In this document: positions 20,350 through 30,185 of the stretch, in pieces
Layout: every line of letters begins with the position of its first letter
Position numbering within the stretch: the stretch's first letter is position 1
Assembly (NCBI GenBank): GCA_963850305.1
Contig: CAWKKR010000001.1
Span: 384,001 to 448,000 of the forward strand
DNA: 64,000 bases
From: an uncultured delta proteobacterium
GTDB lineage: Bacteria > Myxococcota_A > Polyangia > Polyangiales > Polyangiaceae
Reading direction: 5' to 3'
Notes under the pieces: model-generated
The model's input: the letters and a program-made list of their open reading frames with translations, nothing else
Database searches by the model: none
What the model was told of the DNA's origin: nothing
Made by a program: the position numbers and the translations under genes

Positions 20350-22727
20350 TGGCTCCCTCCGGCGTCGTCGAGAACCTCCCTGAGTTCATCGTCCAAGTTC
20401 TGTTCCTCGCGGGCGCGCTCGCGCTGAAGGTCGGTGACGCGATAGCGCTGTTCCTCACGGATTTCCCAGGCTTGCTGCACTATGCCGACATCCGATCGAA
20501 GAATGATGCTCTTCAAACGATCACCAACGAGCCCGAAGTTCTTCATTGCAACTTCGCCGACCAGCAGTCGCGCGTTCTGATCGAGAGTGTCGAGCTGGTC
20601 GGCGTAGGCTCGGATGTTCTCGGCCTCCGCGTCGATCTGCTTCTGGAGATCGGCGGCCCCTGCTGCTACTTTCGTGTCGAGCTCCTGCCGGATCGCGGTG
20701 AGGCGCCCATCCACCGCGTCCGCCTCCGAGAGAACGTCGCCGATGCTCCTGGCATAAGCGGCGGTGTCCGCGTCCGCCTGCCCCGACGCAGCGAGCTGAA
20801 CTTCACGGGCAAACAGTTCCTTGAACCGTTGTCTGACGTCGTCATCATCCACGTATCGCTGATCGCCAAACCCTACTTGAACGCGCCCCATCTCGACAGC
20901 ATCTCTATAGGACTGAATGCGCTCCCGGTACGTCTTGAGATCGCGCTCGTTTGCTTCGAGCTCTGCACGAAGGCGCTGCCGCGCCGTCGGGTCACTGGCA
21001 TTCCCGGCACGATCTCCATCGTCGAGCACGCGCCGAAGAGCGTTGACCATTGCGCCGAGCCGGTCCGCCTCGATGGTGAGGCCCTGTAGCTTCTGGGACA
21101 CTTCATTCCATTGTCGCTGGCCGCTCGTCTCGCGGCTCTGAAAGTCGCTATCCGTCACGGGTAGCCAGCCAAGCCGCTTCATCAGAGCGCGCCGCTCGTC
21201 GCGGACCTGCCCGAGTTCGCCCTGCTGCGTCGAGCTTCCGACGCTGTCCATGCCTTCCGCGAGGGTTCGTCGCGCAAGTCCAACTTTGTTGAGTGCACCG
21301 AGAACGTGCTCGAGCCCAGCCTCGAGGTCGGGGAATGCCCGTGCCCGGGTCGGCGACGACACGACGGCCGTGAGCTTGCGGACGAGATCACGAGATTTTT
21401 CGATCAAGTCGCGCGAGCGTGTGACGTCATCGATGACGCCGAACACCCGGTCGTCTTCCGCGGCCTCGCGAACCCATTTGAGGACGACGTTCGGTAGGCC
21501 CGCGGAGTCGTCCCCCATCTGATCCTCGACGAGCTTATCGTAATAGACGGTGGGATCCGTCGTGGTCGCGAGGAACGAATCGACCTTTTGCCGCACGGGT
21601 TCGAATTGCGCGTGAACACTCTCGTAGAGCTCGAGCGCCTTGTCGAACTTGCCCGACCGGAGCATGAGGTCGGCCCTCAAAAGGGAACCATCGGCAAAGT
21701 GCAGCGTCTCGGGCGCCGTCACGCTCAAGACTTCCAGCGCACGCTGCGCCCTCTCGTTGTCGCCGAGCCGCACGTAGACCCATGCTAGCTCATAGAGCAT
21801 GTCGCTGAACTCTGGAGACGTCCGATCGACGTGGCTGTATGCCTCTGCGGCGTCGAGGTAGTTTTCCGTTTCATAGAAGAGGCGGCCGATGGCCATCCAC
21901 GCGAGGTCTATGACGTGGCGGTGCGCGTCGGTATCCGGGGGGAGCTGCGTCACCCGGTGAAACTGTTCGATAGCGGCAGCGAAGCGCTCATCACTGCCGC
22001 TGGCTGGCTTTGCGACCGCGGCTGGCGCCTTCGCGAGCGTGTCCTTCATGGCGACCACGCCGAGCAGGTAGCCCGCCTGGTGCGCCCAATCGCTCGACCT
22101 CGAAACCGTTTCGAGTGCGGCGCGGGCGTTCGGGAGGTCGCCCTTCGCGAGGTACGCCTTGCCGCGTGCGTATTGGAGTGACCCCGTGGCGTCGGATTGC
22201 GGGAGCTGGGCGAGCTTCGCGAACACGTAGTCGAGTACATCCGTGTGAGTCGTACGGATCGCGACGTCCACGAGGCGGCTCAACGATTTACCGACGTAGC
22301 TGTCGTAGGGGGGTTGCATCCCCTTGTCCACGATCTCCTTGTAGTGTCGCGCCGCGGAGAGCTGCTGATCGTCCTTGAAGTACGTCTCGGCGAGCAAGAA
22401 CAGAGCGTCAGCGTAGGACGGCTCTTGCACCTGCCCTCGGCGGTACAGTTCCACGACCTGGCTCAGCACGTGAATCGCGCGGTCGTAGTCCCCGGTGCGC
22501 ATGAGGAGCTCTCCCGCGACGATGCGTTCCTCGGGAGAGATCGCGCCGTGCTTCGCCTTGTCGATCGCCTGCTGGATCGTCCCCGAATCTGCGTCCGCAC
22601 TCCGGATGCCGGCCTCGGCCTTGGCGCGCGCATCCGCCGCATCCAGAGCTCGCGCTGGGCCCGCTACCAGAAAACCCAGAAGCGCGGCCGCGAGCGCCCC
22701 GCCGCGCGCGCCGTGACGAGTGGTCAT
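20346..22727 (-). CDS. GltC-like TPR/coiled-coil exported protein
   Basis: Signal peptide, TPRs (LAWMAIGRLFYE, MLYELAWVY), long C-terminal coiled coil ending SDVGIVQQAW; start ATG 22727 overlaps the upstream stop. Confidence 0.75.
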   Translation of the reverse strand: MTTRHGARGGALAAALLGFLVAGPARALDAADARAKAEAGIRSADADSGTIQQAIDKAKHGAISPEERIVAGELLMRTGDYDRAIHVLSQVVELYRRGQVQEPSYADALFLLAETYFKDDQQLSAARHYKEIVDKGMQPPYDSYVGKSLSRLVDVAIRTTHTDVLDYVFAKLAQLPQSDATGSLQYARGKAYLAKGDLPNARAALETVSRSSDWAHQAGYLLGVVAMKDTLAKAPAAVAKPASGSDERFAAAIEQFHRVTQLPPDTDAHRHVIDLAWMAIGRLFYETENYLDAAEAYSHVDRTSPEFSDMLYELAWVYVRLGDNERAQRALEVLSVTAPETLHFADGSLLRADLMLRSGKFDKALELYESVHAQFEPVRQKVDSFLATTTDPTVYYDKLVEDQMGDDSAGLPNVVLKWVREAAEDDRVFGVIDDVTRSRDLIEKSRDLVRKLTAVVSSPTRARAFPDLEAGLEHVLGALNKVGLARRTLAEGMDSVGSSTQQGELGQVRDERRALMKRLGWLPVTDSDFQSRETSGQRQWNEVSQKLQGLTIEADRLGAMVNALRRVLDDGDRAGNASDPTARQRLRAELEANERDLKTYRERIQSYRDAVEMGRVQVGFGDQRYVDDDDVRQRFKELFAREVQLAASGQADADTAAYARSIGDVLSEADAVDGRLTAIRQELDTKVAAGAADLQKQIDAEAENIRAYADQLDTLDQNARLLVGEVAMKNFGLVGDRLKSIILRSDVGIVQQAWEIREEQRYRVTDLQRERAREEQNLDDELREVLDDAGGSQ

Positions 22728-23539
22728 TTTGGTCCTGCGCCGCCACCGGAGGCCGGCGTGGTTTCGGACGACCCGCCCGCCGAGTCGCCCGTCATGCCGT
22801 TTCGGATCTTCTCGGTGTACCGCACCGCCGGGCGCTGTTCGAGCGGAGTCGTGACGCCACCCTTCTCCCATGCAAGCGCCTCGAGATCGATCGTCTTTCC
22901 GTCGGTGACCGTGAACGAATGGCTCGACTTGACCTCGAACTTGTAGCCTCGCAGGTACGAAAATACGCCGTACCCGTGCCCCCGGAGCTGAACGAGGACC
23001 TGAAGGGTGTGGTCGCCGGGCGGAATCGACCCGCTGAAGATCGGAATTTCCGGCTGGGAGGCGAGAGCACCCGTGTCGTCCGACTTGTTGTATTGCACCG
23101 CGCCGTCGAGGACGAAGAGGGCATGCGTCAAACGAAACGCGCTGCTCATTTCGTTCTTGAACCGGATCTCGGCGCGAGCTCCGCCGACGCCGCCCGCGAG
23201 GATGGTGTCGCTCAGGAGACTGAGACGCGTGTGGCTACGTCGGATCTGCTCCTTGAGATCGTCGACCCTGGATTCCAGGTCCCGTAGCCTGACCGCATAC
23301 GTGGAACCGTCCATGGGAGTTGCCGGAGCGCTCCCGACGGGAGCCCCTGGGGACGCCGGAGTCGCGTCGGCCGCGGGCGTGGCGCTCTGCGTCGAAGCCG
23401 CGGGCGCGGCGGTCGGCGCCGATGTAGCCGTCGACGACTTGCTCGATGCGGAAGAAGAGGTCGAGCCCTGTGCTGATGCCGCGGAGGCCAGTAGCAGCGA
23501 AGCGAGGATCGCTAGCGCGGGGGTAGGAAGTCTCATCAC
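22724..23539 (-). CDS. Exported myxobacterial-type protein (coiled coil + beta-sandwich), first gene of the glt-like operon
   Basis: Signal peptide, Ser/Ala linker, LRDLESRVDDLKEQI coiled coil, GHGYGVFSYLRGYKF. Confidence 0.75.
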   Translation of the reverse strand: MMRLPTPALAILASLLLASAASAQGSTSSSASSKSSTATSAPTAAPAASTQSATPAADATPASPGAPVGSAPATPMDGSTYAVRLRDLESRVDDLKEQIRRSHTRLSLLSDTILAGGVGGARAEIRFKNEMSSAFRLTHALFVLDGAVQYNKSDDTGALASQPEIPIFSGSIPPGDHTLQVLVQLRGHGYGVFSYLRGYKFEVKSSHSFTVTDGKTIDLEALAWEKGGVTTPLEQRPAVRYTEKIRNGMTGDSAGGSSETTPASGGGAGPK

Positions 23540-24021
23540 CGAACCCTCTCGTCAGTTAGGAAAGTCACCGGTAGGCAGGGAAACATGGCAGGGACGACGG
23601 AAGCCAACCCCGCTTTATCACGGCGCCAACCTTATCAGGATGCGAGGCGAGCCGCGCAAGCGAACAGGGGTGGGGGGCCGCACCCCCATTGCAAACAAAA
23701 GGGCTGGGGCGAGGACCAGGGGCAGCGCTCGTGCGTCCAATGAAGTGATGCCCGTGGACGCGAACGTGCGGGACTCCTGGCCACCGTTGCTGCGGGCGCG
23801 ACCCGACGCGACGAGGGGCGTTTCCATGCGGAGACGCGAGGCGGCCCGCCCTTCCGGCATATCGCTCGCGGAATCGGGCGATTCCTGGCAGAGTGATGCT
23901 TCGCGAAATCGGCGGACTAAGTCGCTCCGCCGGGGATTTCTCGGTGGCGATGTTGGCCCGAACAACGCTCATGCTGCGGTTCGTGGAACCGGCCTCGCGA
24001 ATGCTCGCGGAGGGGTGATCC

Positions 24022-24633
24022 GTGACGGAGGGGCCGAGCACAGCCGCGGACGAGGCCCTGATGCTGCGGTACCAGCGCGGCGACGCGACGGCATTCGCGG
24101 AGCTCGTGCGGCGTCACGAACGACCGGTCTACAACTTCGTCCTGCGGCACCTGCGCGCCGAAGCGGCGGCGGCGGACGTCACACAGGAGGCGTTCTTGCG
24201 CGTGGTACGCCGGGCATCGGAGTTCAAGCACGAGGCGCGATTTTCGACCTGGCTCTACACGATTGCCCGCAATCTCTGCGTCGATCACGGCAGGAAGGGG
24301 AAGTTGAGGCGACACCCGTCGCTCGATGCGCCGGAAGGAGATGGCGCGCGACTCTTGCTGGAGGTCGTCGCCGATCGCGCGCCCTCGGGCGACGTCGCTC
24401 GCGCAGCGGAATGGAGCAAGATGCGGACTTCGATCGTATCCGCCGTCGAGGCCCTCCCCGAAGATCAGCGGGAAGTGTTCCTGCTCCGCGAGGTCGCCAA
24501 TCTTCCATTCAAGGAGATCGCCGACGTCGTTGGTGTGCCGGAGAACACCGTGAAGAGCCGCATGCGTTACGCGCTCGAACGCCTGCGCGCGGCGCTTTCG
24601 GACTTCGAGGAATACGCGAAGGCCCTCAAATGA
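24022..24633 (+). CDS. ECF RNA polymerase sigma factor
   Basis: Region 2 (DVTQEAFLRV, FSTWLYTIARN) and region 4 (LPEDQREVFLLR, EIA, TVKSRMRYA). Confidence 0.95.
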   Translation: MTEGPSTAADEALMLRYQRGDATAFAELVRRHERPVYNFVLRHLRAEAAAADVTQEAFLRVVRRASEFKHEARFSTWLYTIARNLCVDHGRKGKLRRHPSLDAPEGDGARLLLEVVADRAPSGDVARAAEWSKMRTSIVSAVEALPEDQREVFLLREVANLPFKEIADVVGVPENTVKSRMRYALERLRAALSDFEEYAKALK

Positions 24634-24653
24634 CCGGAAGGGGCGACAAATAG

Positions 24654-25683
24654 GTGGACGCGGAGAAGTTCGACAAGGTCGTGATCGGACCTGCTCTACG
24701 ACGAGCTGGACGAGCTGACGCACGCGTCCGCCCTCCGTCACATCGAGCAATCGGGGCGCGCGAAGGCCCTCTACTCCGAGCTCCGGGCGACGCGGGAAGT
24801 TGGCGCACTCCCGCTCGTTGAACCGCCGGAGGACCTTGCAGAGAGAATTCTCGCGGCCGAAGCACTCGCGCGCGCCGAACGTCCGCTCCGTCAGAGGCTC
24901 GGTGCACTGGTCTCCATAGCGGCGGGCTATGCGATGCGGCCTCAGCTCGGCATGGCCGCGGTCCTCCTCTTGATGGTGGGGTCGAGCCTGCTGCTTCTGC
25001 GCGTCAAGCCTGGCGAGCCGAGCTCGGTGCAGGTCACTGAACGCGGCGTCCCGGAGTCCGACAAGGAGTCCGTCGCGCTGCCCGTGCCGCAACCGGAGGC
25101 CCCGAGTCCGGCGCTCGACGAAGCCCGCGCCACCCCCGAGACTCACGCGGCGTCGAGGGCGAGGGACGTCGGCAAGGCGGAAACCACTGCCGAGAAGGAT
25201 TCTCCGGCGGACCGCGAGCCGGTCCCCGCTGCTCCAGCGAACGGAGTCGAGAGCGCTCACGAGCGCGGCACCGGGAGCATGGATGAACTCGGCGCCTTCG
25301 CCGGCGCGCCGCCCGCAGCCGCCTCACCCGCTGGTCGAGCCGCGGGCGCGATCGCCGACGACGCTCCAGCGATCCCGAGCGCCAAGAAGGACAAGGCCGG
25401 CGCAGCTGACGACGACTCGGGATGCGCGGCGGCGCTTCCTCATTACGAGTCCGTCGCGGCAGCTCCGCCGTCTCCGGCAGCGGGCAATGCGGCGCGTTTC
25501 GCCGCGGCGGACTGCTATGCGAGACTCGGGCGGCTCGCGAAAGCAAGAGCGGTCTACGCGGCGCTCCTCGCCGTCCCGGACTACGCGGCGCGGGCGAGGC
25601 GAGCACTGGACGACCTCTCGCCGGAGGCTCCCGCACCGGCCCCAGCAGGCGAGGCCTCGAAGCCTGCCGCGGAACCCAGATAG
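24654..25683 (+). CDS. Anti-sigma factor (degenerate ZAS N-terminus, TM helix, periplasmic TPR-like tail); +1 frameshift at ~24687
   Basis: GTG GAC GCG GAG AAG TTC GAC AAG GTC GTG ATC (G)GAC CTG CTC TAC gives MDAEKFDKVVIDLLYDELDELTHASALRHIEQSGRA..., in frame with ORF 24934-25683 once one G is removed. Confidence 0.75.
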
Positions 25684-25774
25684 CCCCGCACGAGTCCCGC
25701 ATCGACGAGGAAACCGCGTGGTCCAGCCGATTCACGGCCCGCGCGCGGAGCGAGCCCGCCGAAGGCGGCGCGAG

Positions 25775-25923
25775 GGAGCGGTCGCGCATGCGAGCCGCGG
25801 GGGGCAAGGCGGGCACGGCCCCCCGGGACCCTATCCCACGTCGCGCGCCGCCGCTTTCTGGATAGCGAGTACCGGGCGGAGCGGTCGCGAAGCGAGCTGA
25901 GCAGGGGCGGGCAACGGTCCCCC
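25775..25923. repeat. Two imperfect ~48 bp GC-rich REP-like direct repeats
   Basis: GGAGCGGTCGCG-CAT/AA-GCGAGC...GGCGGGCA(A)CGG(T)CCCCC at 25775-25824 and 25878-25923, between convergent genes. Confidence 0.55.
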
Positions 25924-25942
25924 TAGCAGGACCAGCGAAGCG

Positions 25943-26338
25943 TCAGTTGGGGGCGTCGCGCACGTACGCGATCGTGCGGATGGCTTCGACGAGGCGTTCA
26001 CGGTCCTCCGGCGTGAGCTCCACGAAGCGGATGCCCATGCCTGGATTCCGGTTCTCCGCCAGGAGGCGGAGCGGGTTCACCCACTGCACGACGCCAGAGA
26101 GATTGAACGTCTGATGCACGTGCGGCGAGAAGCGCAGCGTCACCCGCGTTCCGATCGCGAGCGGCTCCCGCGTCGCCACGAAAATCCCGAGCTCCGAGAT
26201 GTTCCGGATGGACGCATAGAGGAACGTCTCCTCCGTCTCGCAGTCGACGGACCACGCGACGATGAATCAATCGGCGCTTCGCCGGTTGTCGGCGTCGTCG
26301 GGCGGCGCTTGGGTGTCCCCGGGCAACCCGTTCTTCAC
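25943..26338 (-). CDS. Myxobacterial PilZ-domain protein (TIGR02266-like) with an in-frame TGA at 26267-26269
   Basis: DNRRSAD*FIVAWSVDCETEETFLYASIRNISELGIFV...GMGIRF; the stop replaces the second Arg of RxxxR. Confidence 0.8.
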
Positions 26339-26425
26339 TCGACCGGGCTTAACCCCGCATCGACCTCGTGTCACGTGTGGATTTTTCGACGCTCTGCGCC
26401 GAACGTGGGGCCGACGGGCGTGACC

Positions 26426-29044
26426 TCAGCGAACCTCGAGCGGGCCGGCGTTCACGCGATTGTCTTCGCCGCCGCCCCGCTTCACGTCGAGTCGCTGCTC
26501 GCCTCTGAAGAGCCCGAAGAACACCGTGTACGTGCCGGCAGAGAAATTCGGTTCGAGTTCGAACGGGTGACTATCGTGGATGAAGTCGCCTGGGTGCCAC
26601 CATCGGAACGGATACTTGCCCTCGAGCGTCTCGTGGTCGCCGTTGTAGCGGCGCTGATATCCGTCGACGTGAATGAACGTCTGCCACTCGCCGGCGATCG
26701 CGTGCGTGACCTCGTAGTAGAAGTGAAACACGTAGGGCTTGCCCGCCCGGACCCATGTGACGGGTTCCCCATCGGGCGTAGTCACACCCCAGCCGAACGC
26801 ATGAAGCTGCCCGTTGAAGTCCGCGTCCAGGGGACGGGGCGTCGGCGGTCGCGTGTCGAGCACCCACTTCAAGAACGGGTTCTCGTTCTTCTCGCCCGCG
26901 CGGATCAGGTTGGACACGAGCAAGATCTCGCTCGAGCGAGCGTCGAGGACGGGCAGGTTCTTCGGGGGCGTCGTGCGGCGCGCGCGGTATTCGGAGTTCA
27001 TCTGCGCGAGATCCGTCGAGCGCACGACGAGCCAGCGTCGCTCCGAATCGCCACCGGCCATCAACCACGTGAAGGCTTCCGACGAGTTCATGAAATTGCG
27101 AACGTCGCGGTGTGCGTAGTACCTCGCACTCCCCGACCCCGCGCCGGAGCCCACCATCGACAGGTCTTCGCCCGGACGCGACAGCCGCTTGAACGACTCG
27201 AAGACTTCCTTCGGCGAGATCTGCCGGGCGAGTAGCGGGTAGTACCGGAAGCTCAACGTCGCGCCGAGCGCAGCGATCGCCATCAGTGATGCGGATGCAC
27301 GCGTCGTGTGCAGCCATCTGAGGACGACACGGCATGCGTCCCGGAGCAGCAGGATCACGTGCGGCAACGCCACGAGGACCGGCAGCACCAGAAGCCCGTA
27401 TTCGGCCGCCTCGCGCCCCGGCGACCCGATCGAATCCAGCTGGCGCCAGTGCGTGAAGTGCTGGCTGACCGCCAGTGCCGCCGACAGGACGATGAGCGAT
27501 ACCTCGATGGCCGCCAGCCCGAAGACGACGTTTCCGCCGTTGGCGGCGCGGAGCTCGCGGGTGAATCGACGATGCTCCTCCCGAGCGAAGACGGGCCGCC
27601 CCTCGTCGCGTTCGAAGAAGGAGAGCACGAAGAGTCCCGCCCCGACGAGCGTACCGACCTCCACGATCTTGAGGCCGAGATCCTTGAAGCTGTCCGGGAA
27701 GCGCGCGTCATCGACGACGAAGCCCGCGAGCCCCTTCTCGGGGAAATTCTTGAAGTCCACCAGGAAGAGGATCAAGAGCGATGCGACGCCGAGAGCGAGC
27801 GTCCGGGAGCCGGGCGCACCGCGCTCGAAGTCGCGTAACAGGATGGCAATGACGCCGGCGAGCGCGAACACGGCGGAGAACGGGAGCACCCCGACCGACG
27901 GAGCGAGCGCGGTGAAGGCCGCGAACGCGAGCACGCACGTGACGAGCAGCAAGATGCGCGCGCTGCTCTCACGCGCGAACGCGTCCCCCTCGACGCCGAT
28001 CGGCGCACGCAGTGCTCGCCCCAGCGCAAAGGGCGCGACCGCGCTCCACGGAAACATCGCGTGCCCGAGTTGCAGGACCATGAAGTCATGGGTCGGGATG
28101 GTCCGCCGGTTATCGATGGTGCAGCCGAGGATGCGCAGGAACTGGTGATCTTCGGCATGGAGGAGCGCCCGCAGACCGAGGACCAGCGCGGCCGCGCCGA
28201 GAACCAGGTCCAGGATCGCGAAGATCGCCGACAGGCGGTCCACGCCCGGCGCGCCGCGGCGGAGCAGCCACGCGAGCCCGATCGAAAAGCACGGCAAGGC
28301 GATGCCCAGGATGACGCCGCGGGCTCCGAAACCTGCGGCGCACCCCGCGAGCCCGAATATCCAGTAGGCCACCCGTGCCCTGGGCCTGGGGCGGGTGTCG
28401 AAGGATGCGATCGCGAGCCCCGCGACGGCGATCGCAAGTCCGGACATGGTGACGATGTCGCCGAGGATCGTCCGCGCCTGAAGGAAATACAGCGGCGTCG
28501 TCGCGAGCACGATTGCCGCGAACGCCGCCGCGACGCGATCGACCAGCCGCGAGAGCAGCAGGTACGTCGCCGCGACACCGAGCAGGCCCCAGAGCGCCAT
28601 GGGTAGACGGCCCGCCCACTCGCTCAGGCCGAACACCTTAAGTCCGAGTGCGATGGACGTGAAAGGGAGCTCGCCCCTGCCAATCTGCCCCGCCGTGGGC
28701 ACCGTGTTGATGGAGCCGTCGATGATCAGGTTTTTCGCGCCGAGAAGGGCGACGGCGATCCGCCGGGCCAGCTCCGCTCCCTTGAGCTCCGGAGGTTCCC
28801 AGATGCCGCTCGCGGAGATCGGCCCGACGAGGCTTCCGAGGACCAGAACGACGGCGGCCACGGTGAGCAGCCAGCGCCGGGACCCGATCTGCGGATCCGG
28901 AACGAGGTCCTCGTCGTCGACGAGATCGGCCCGTTCGCGGTCGGCTGGCAGGGATGCCGCGCCGGCGTCGATGCCGGCAAAGGCGACGGCGGGAGCGGGG
29001 CTCGCGGAAATGTGGACCGGGTCGGGAGCGGTGTCTTCGGACAT
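26426..29044 (-). CDS. Large ArnT/PMT-like GT-C glycosyltransferase with C-terminal soluble beta domain
   Basis: GIWEPPE, FGLSEWAGRLP, many TM helices, C-terminal WQTFIHVD...DH...W.PGD..D.H motif. Confidence 0.78.
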   Translation of the reverse strand: MSEDTAPDPVHISASPAPAVAFAGIDAGAASLPADRERADLVDDEDLVPDPQIGSRRWLLTVAAVVLVLGSLVGPISASGIWEPPELKGAELARRIAVALLGAKNLIIDGSINTVPTAGQIGRGELPFTSIALGLKVFGLSEWAGRLPMALWGLLGVAATYLLLSRLVDRVAAAFAAIVLATTPLYFLQARTILGDIVTMSGLAIAVAGLAIASFDTRPRPRARVAYWIFGLAGCAAGFGARGVILGIALPCFSIGLAWLLRRGAPGVDRLSAIFAILDLVLGAAALVLGLRALLHAEDHQFLRILGCTIDNRRTIPTHDFMVLQLGHAMFPWSAVAPFALGRALRAPIGVEGDAFARESSARILLLVTCVLAFAAFTALAPSVGVLPFSAVFALAGVIAILLRDFERGAPGSRTLALGVASLLILFLVDFKNFPEKGLAGFVVDDARFPDSFKDLGLKIVEVGTLVGAGLFVLSFFERDEGRPVFAREEHRRFTRELRAANGGNVVFGLAAIEVSLIVLSAALAVSQHFTHWRQLDSIGSPGREAAEYGLLVLPVLVALPHVILLLRDACRVVLRWLHTTRASASLMAIAALGATLSFRYYPLLARQISPKEVFESFKRLSRPGEDLSMVGSGAGSGSARYYAHRDVRNFMNSSEAFTWLMAGGDSERRWLVVRSTDLAQMNSEYRARRTTPPKNLPVLDARSSEILLVSNLIRAGEKNENPFLKWVLDTRPPTPRPLDADFNGQLHAFGWGVTTPDGEPVTWVRAGKPYVFHFYYEVTHAIAGEWQTFIHVDGYQRRYNGDHETLEGKYPFRWWHPGDFIHDSHPFELEPNFSAGTYTVFFGLFRGEQRLDVKRGGGEDNRVNAGPLEVR

Positions 29045-29227
29045 GAACGGGTCGGGCCGGGCGTGGCGGCGCGGACACTACCTCACGCCGCAAGCTTCGG
29101 CGACAGCTGTCGCGCCCCCCGGCGTCATGCTAGAGCGCGTCGGCTTCGATCGACGGCCGGCCGCGCGACGGCGCGCGTCGCGCTCTCGGAGCCTGTCCGC
29201 CGCGGCGCTCCCCCCCTTCTCCACCCC

Positions 29228-30169
29228 ATGCGATTCGGCACCGTTGCCATCGTCGGTCGAACGAACGTCGGAAAATCGACCTTCCTGAACGCCGCGCTCG
29301 GCGAAGAGCTCGCGATCGTCTCACCGCGCCCGCAGACCACGCGGGACGCGCTCCTCGGGGTCGTCACGCGGGAAGACGCGCAGATCGCGTTTCTCGACAC
29401 GCCGGGGCTCCACAAGCCGCACACGGAGCTCGGACGCCGGATGAATGCCACGGCGCGAGGCGCGGCGCGGTCGACCGACCTGGTCGTCGTCATGACCGAT
29501 GTCGCGTCGCTCGTGGGTTCGAAGAAGGATGCGGAGAAGACGCCCGTGCTGGCGGAGGATGAGGCGCTGCTCCGCGACGTCGCAAGCGAGCTCCCTTGCC
29601 TGGTCGTGATCAACAAGATCGATCTGCTGCGCGACAAGTCGCGCCTCCTTCACATGCTCTCGGCGCTCGGCGAGATTCGACCCCTCGTCGCGAGCGTGCC
29701 GGTGAGCGCCCTCTCCAGGGACGGCGTGGACAGAGTGCTCGACGAGATTGCCGCGCACCTGCCGGAGGGTCCGCCCGGATACGACGCGTCGACCCTCACG
29801 GACAAGCCGACGACGTTCTTCGTCAGGGAGTACATCCGCGAACAGCTCCTCCTCGCGACGGCCGGTGAGGTGCCGCACGCCGTCGCCATATCCGTCGAGG
29901 AGTTCTCGGAGACCGCAAAGGTCGTCATCATCAAGGCGACCATCCACGTGGAGAAGGTGGGCCAGCGAGCGATCGTCGTCGGCAAGGGCGGCGCGATGAT
30001 CAAGGCGATCGGCATCGGAGCCCGGACGCGGATCGAGGCGCTCGTCGGGCGGAAGGTTCACCTCGAGCTCTTCGTGCGCGTCACCGAGCGGTGGAAGAGC
30101 GTGCCGCGACAGCTGGCGGAACTCGGCTACGACCGGCCCGACGTCTCCGACGACGAGGACGCCCCGTGA
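29228..30169 (+). CDS. era: GTPase Era
   Basis: GRTNVGKST, PQTTR, DTPG, NKID, C-terminal KH domain (IVVGKGGAMIK, VHLELFVRV). Confidence 0.95.
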   Translation: MRFGTVAIVGRTNVGKSTFLNAALGEELAIVSPRPQTTRDALLGVVTREDAQIAFLDTPGLHKPHTELGRRMNATARGAARSTDLVVVMTDVASLVGSKKDAEKTPVLAEDEALLRDVASELPCLVVINKIDLLRDKSRLLHMLSALGEIRPLVASVPVSALSRDGVDRVLDEIAAHLPEGPPGYDASTLTDKPTTFFVREYIREQLLLATAGEVPHAVAISVEEFSETAKVVIIKATIHVEKVGQRAIVVGKGGAMIKAIGIGARTRIEALVGRKVHLELFVRVTERWKSVPRQLAELGYDRPDVSDDEDAP

Positions 30170-30185
30170 GATCGAGGCACCGGGC

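Noticed and set aside
23985..24021. GGAACC as an autoregulatory ECF -35 element
   Set aside because: No convincing -10 element at 16-17 bp spacing
23007..24653. 548-aa plus-strand ORF and other ORFs across the glt/ECF intergenic region
   Set aside because: Arg/Ala-rich with no motifs; overlaps real genes in other frames
26267..26269. Selenocysteine or recoded TGA in PilZ
   Set aside because: The position corresponds to a conserved Arg, not Cys, and TGA is used as a normal stop throughout the window
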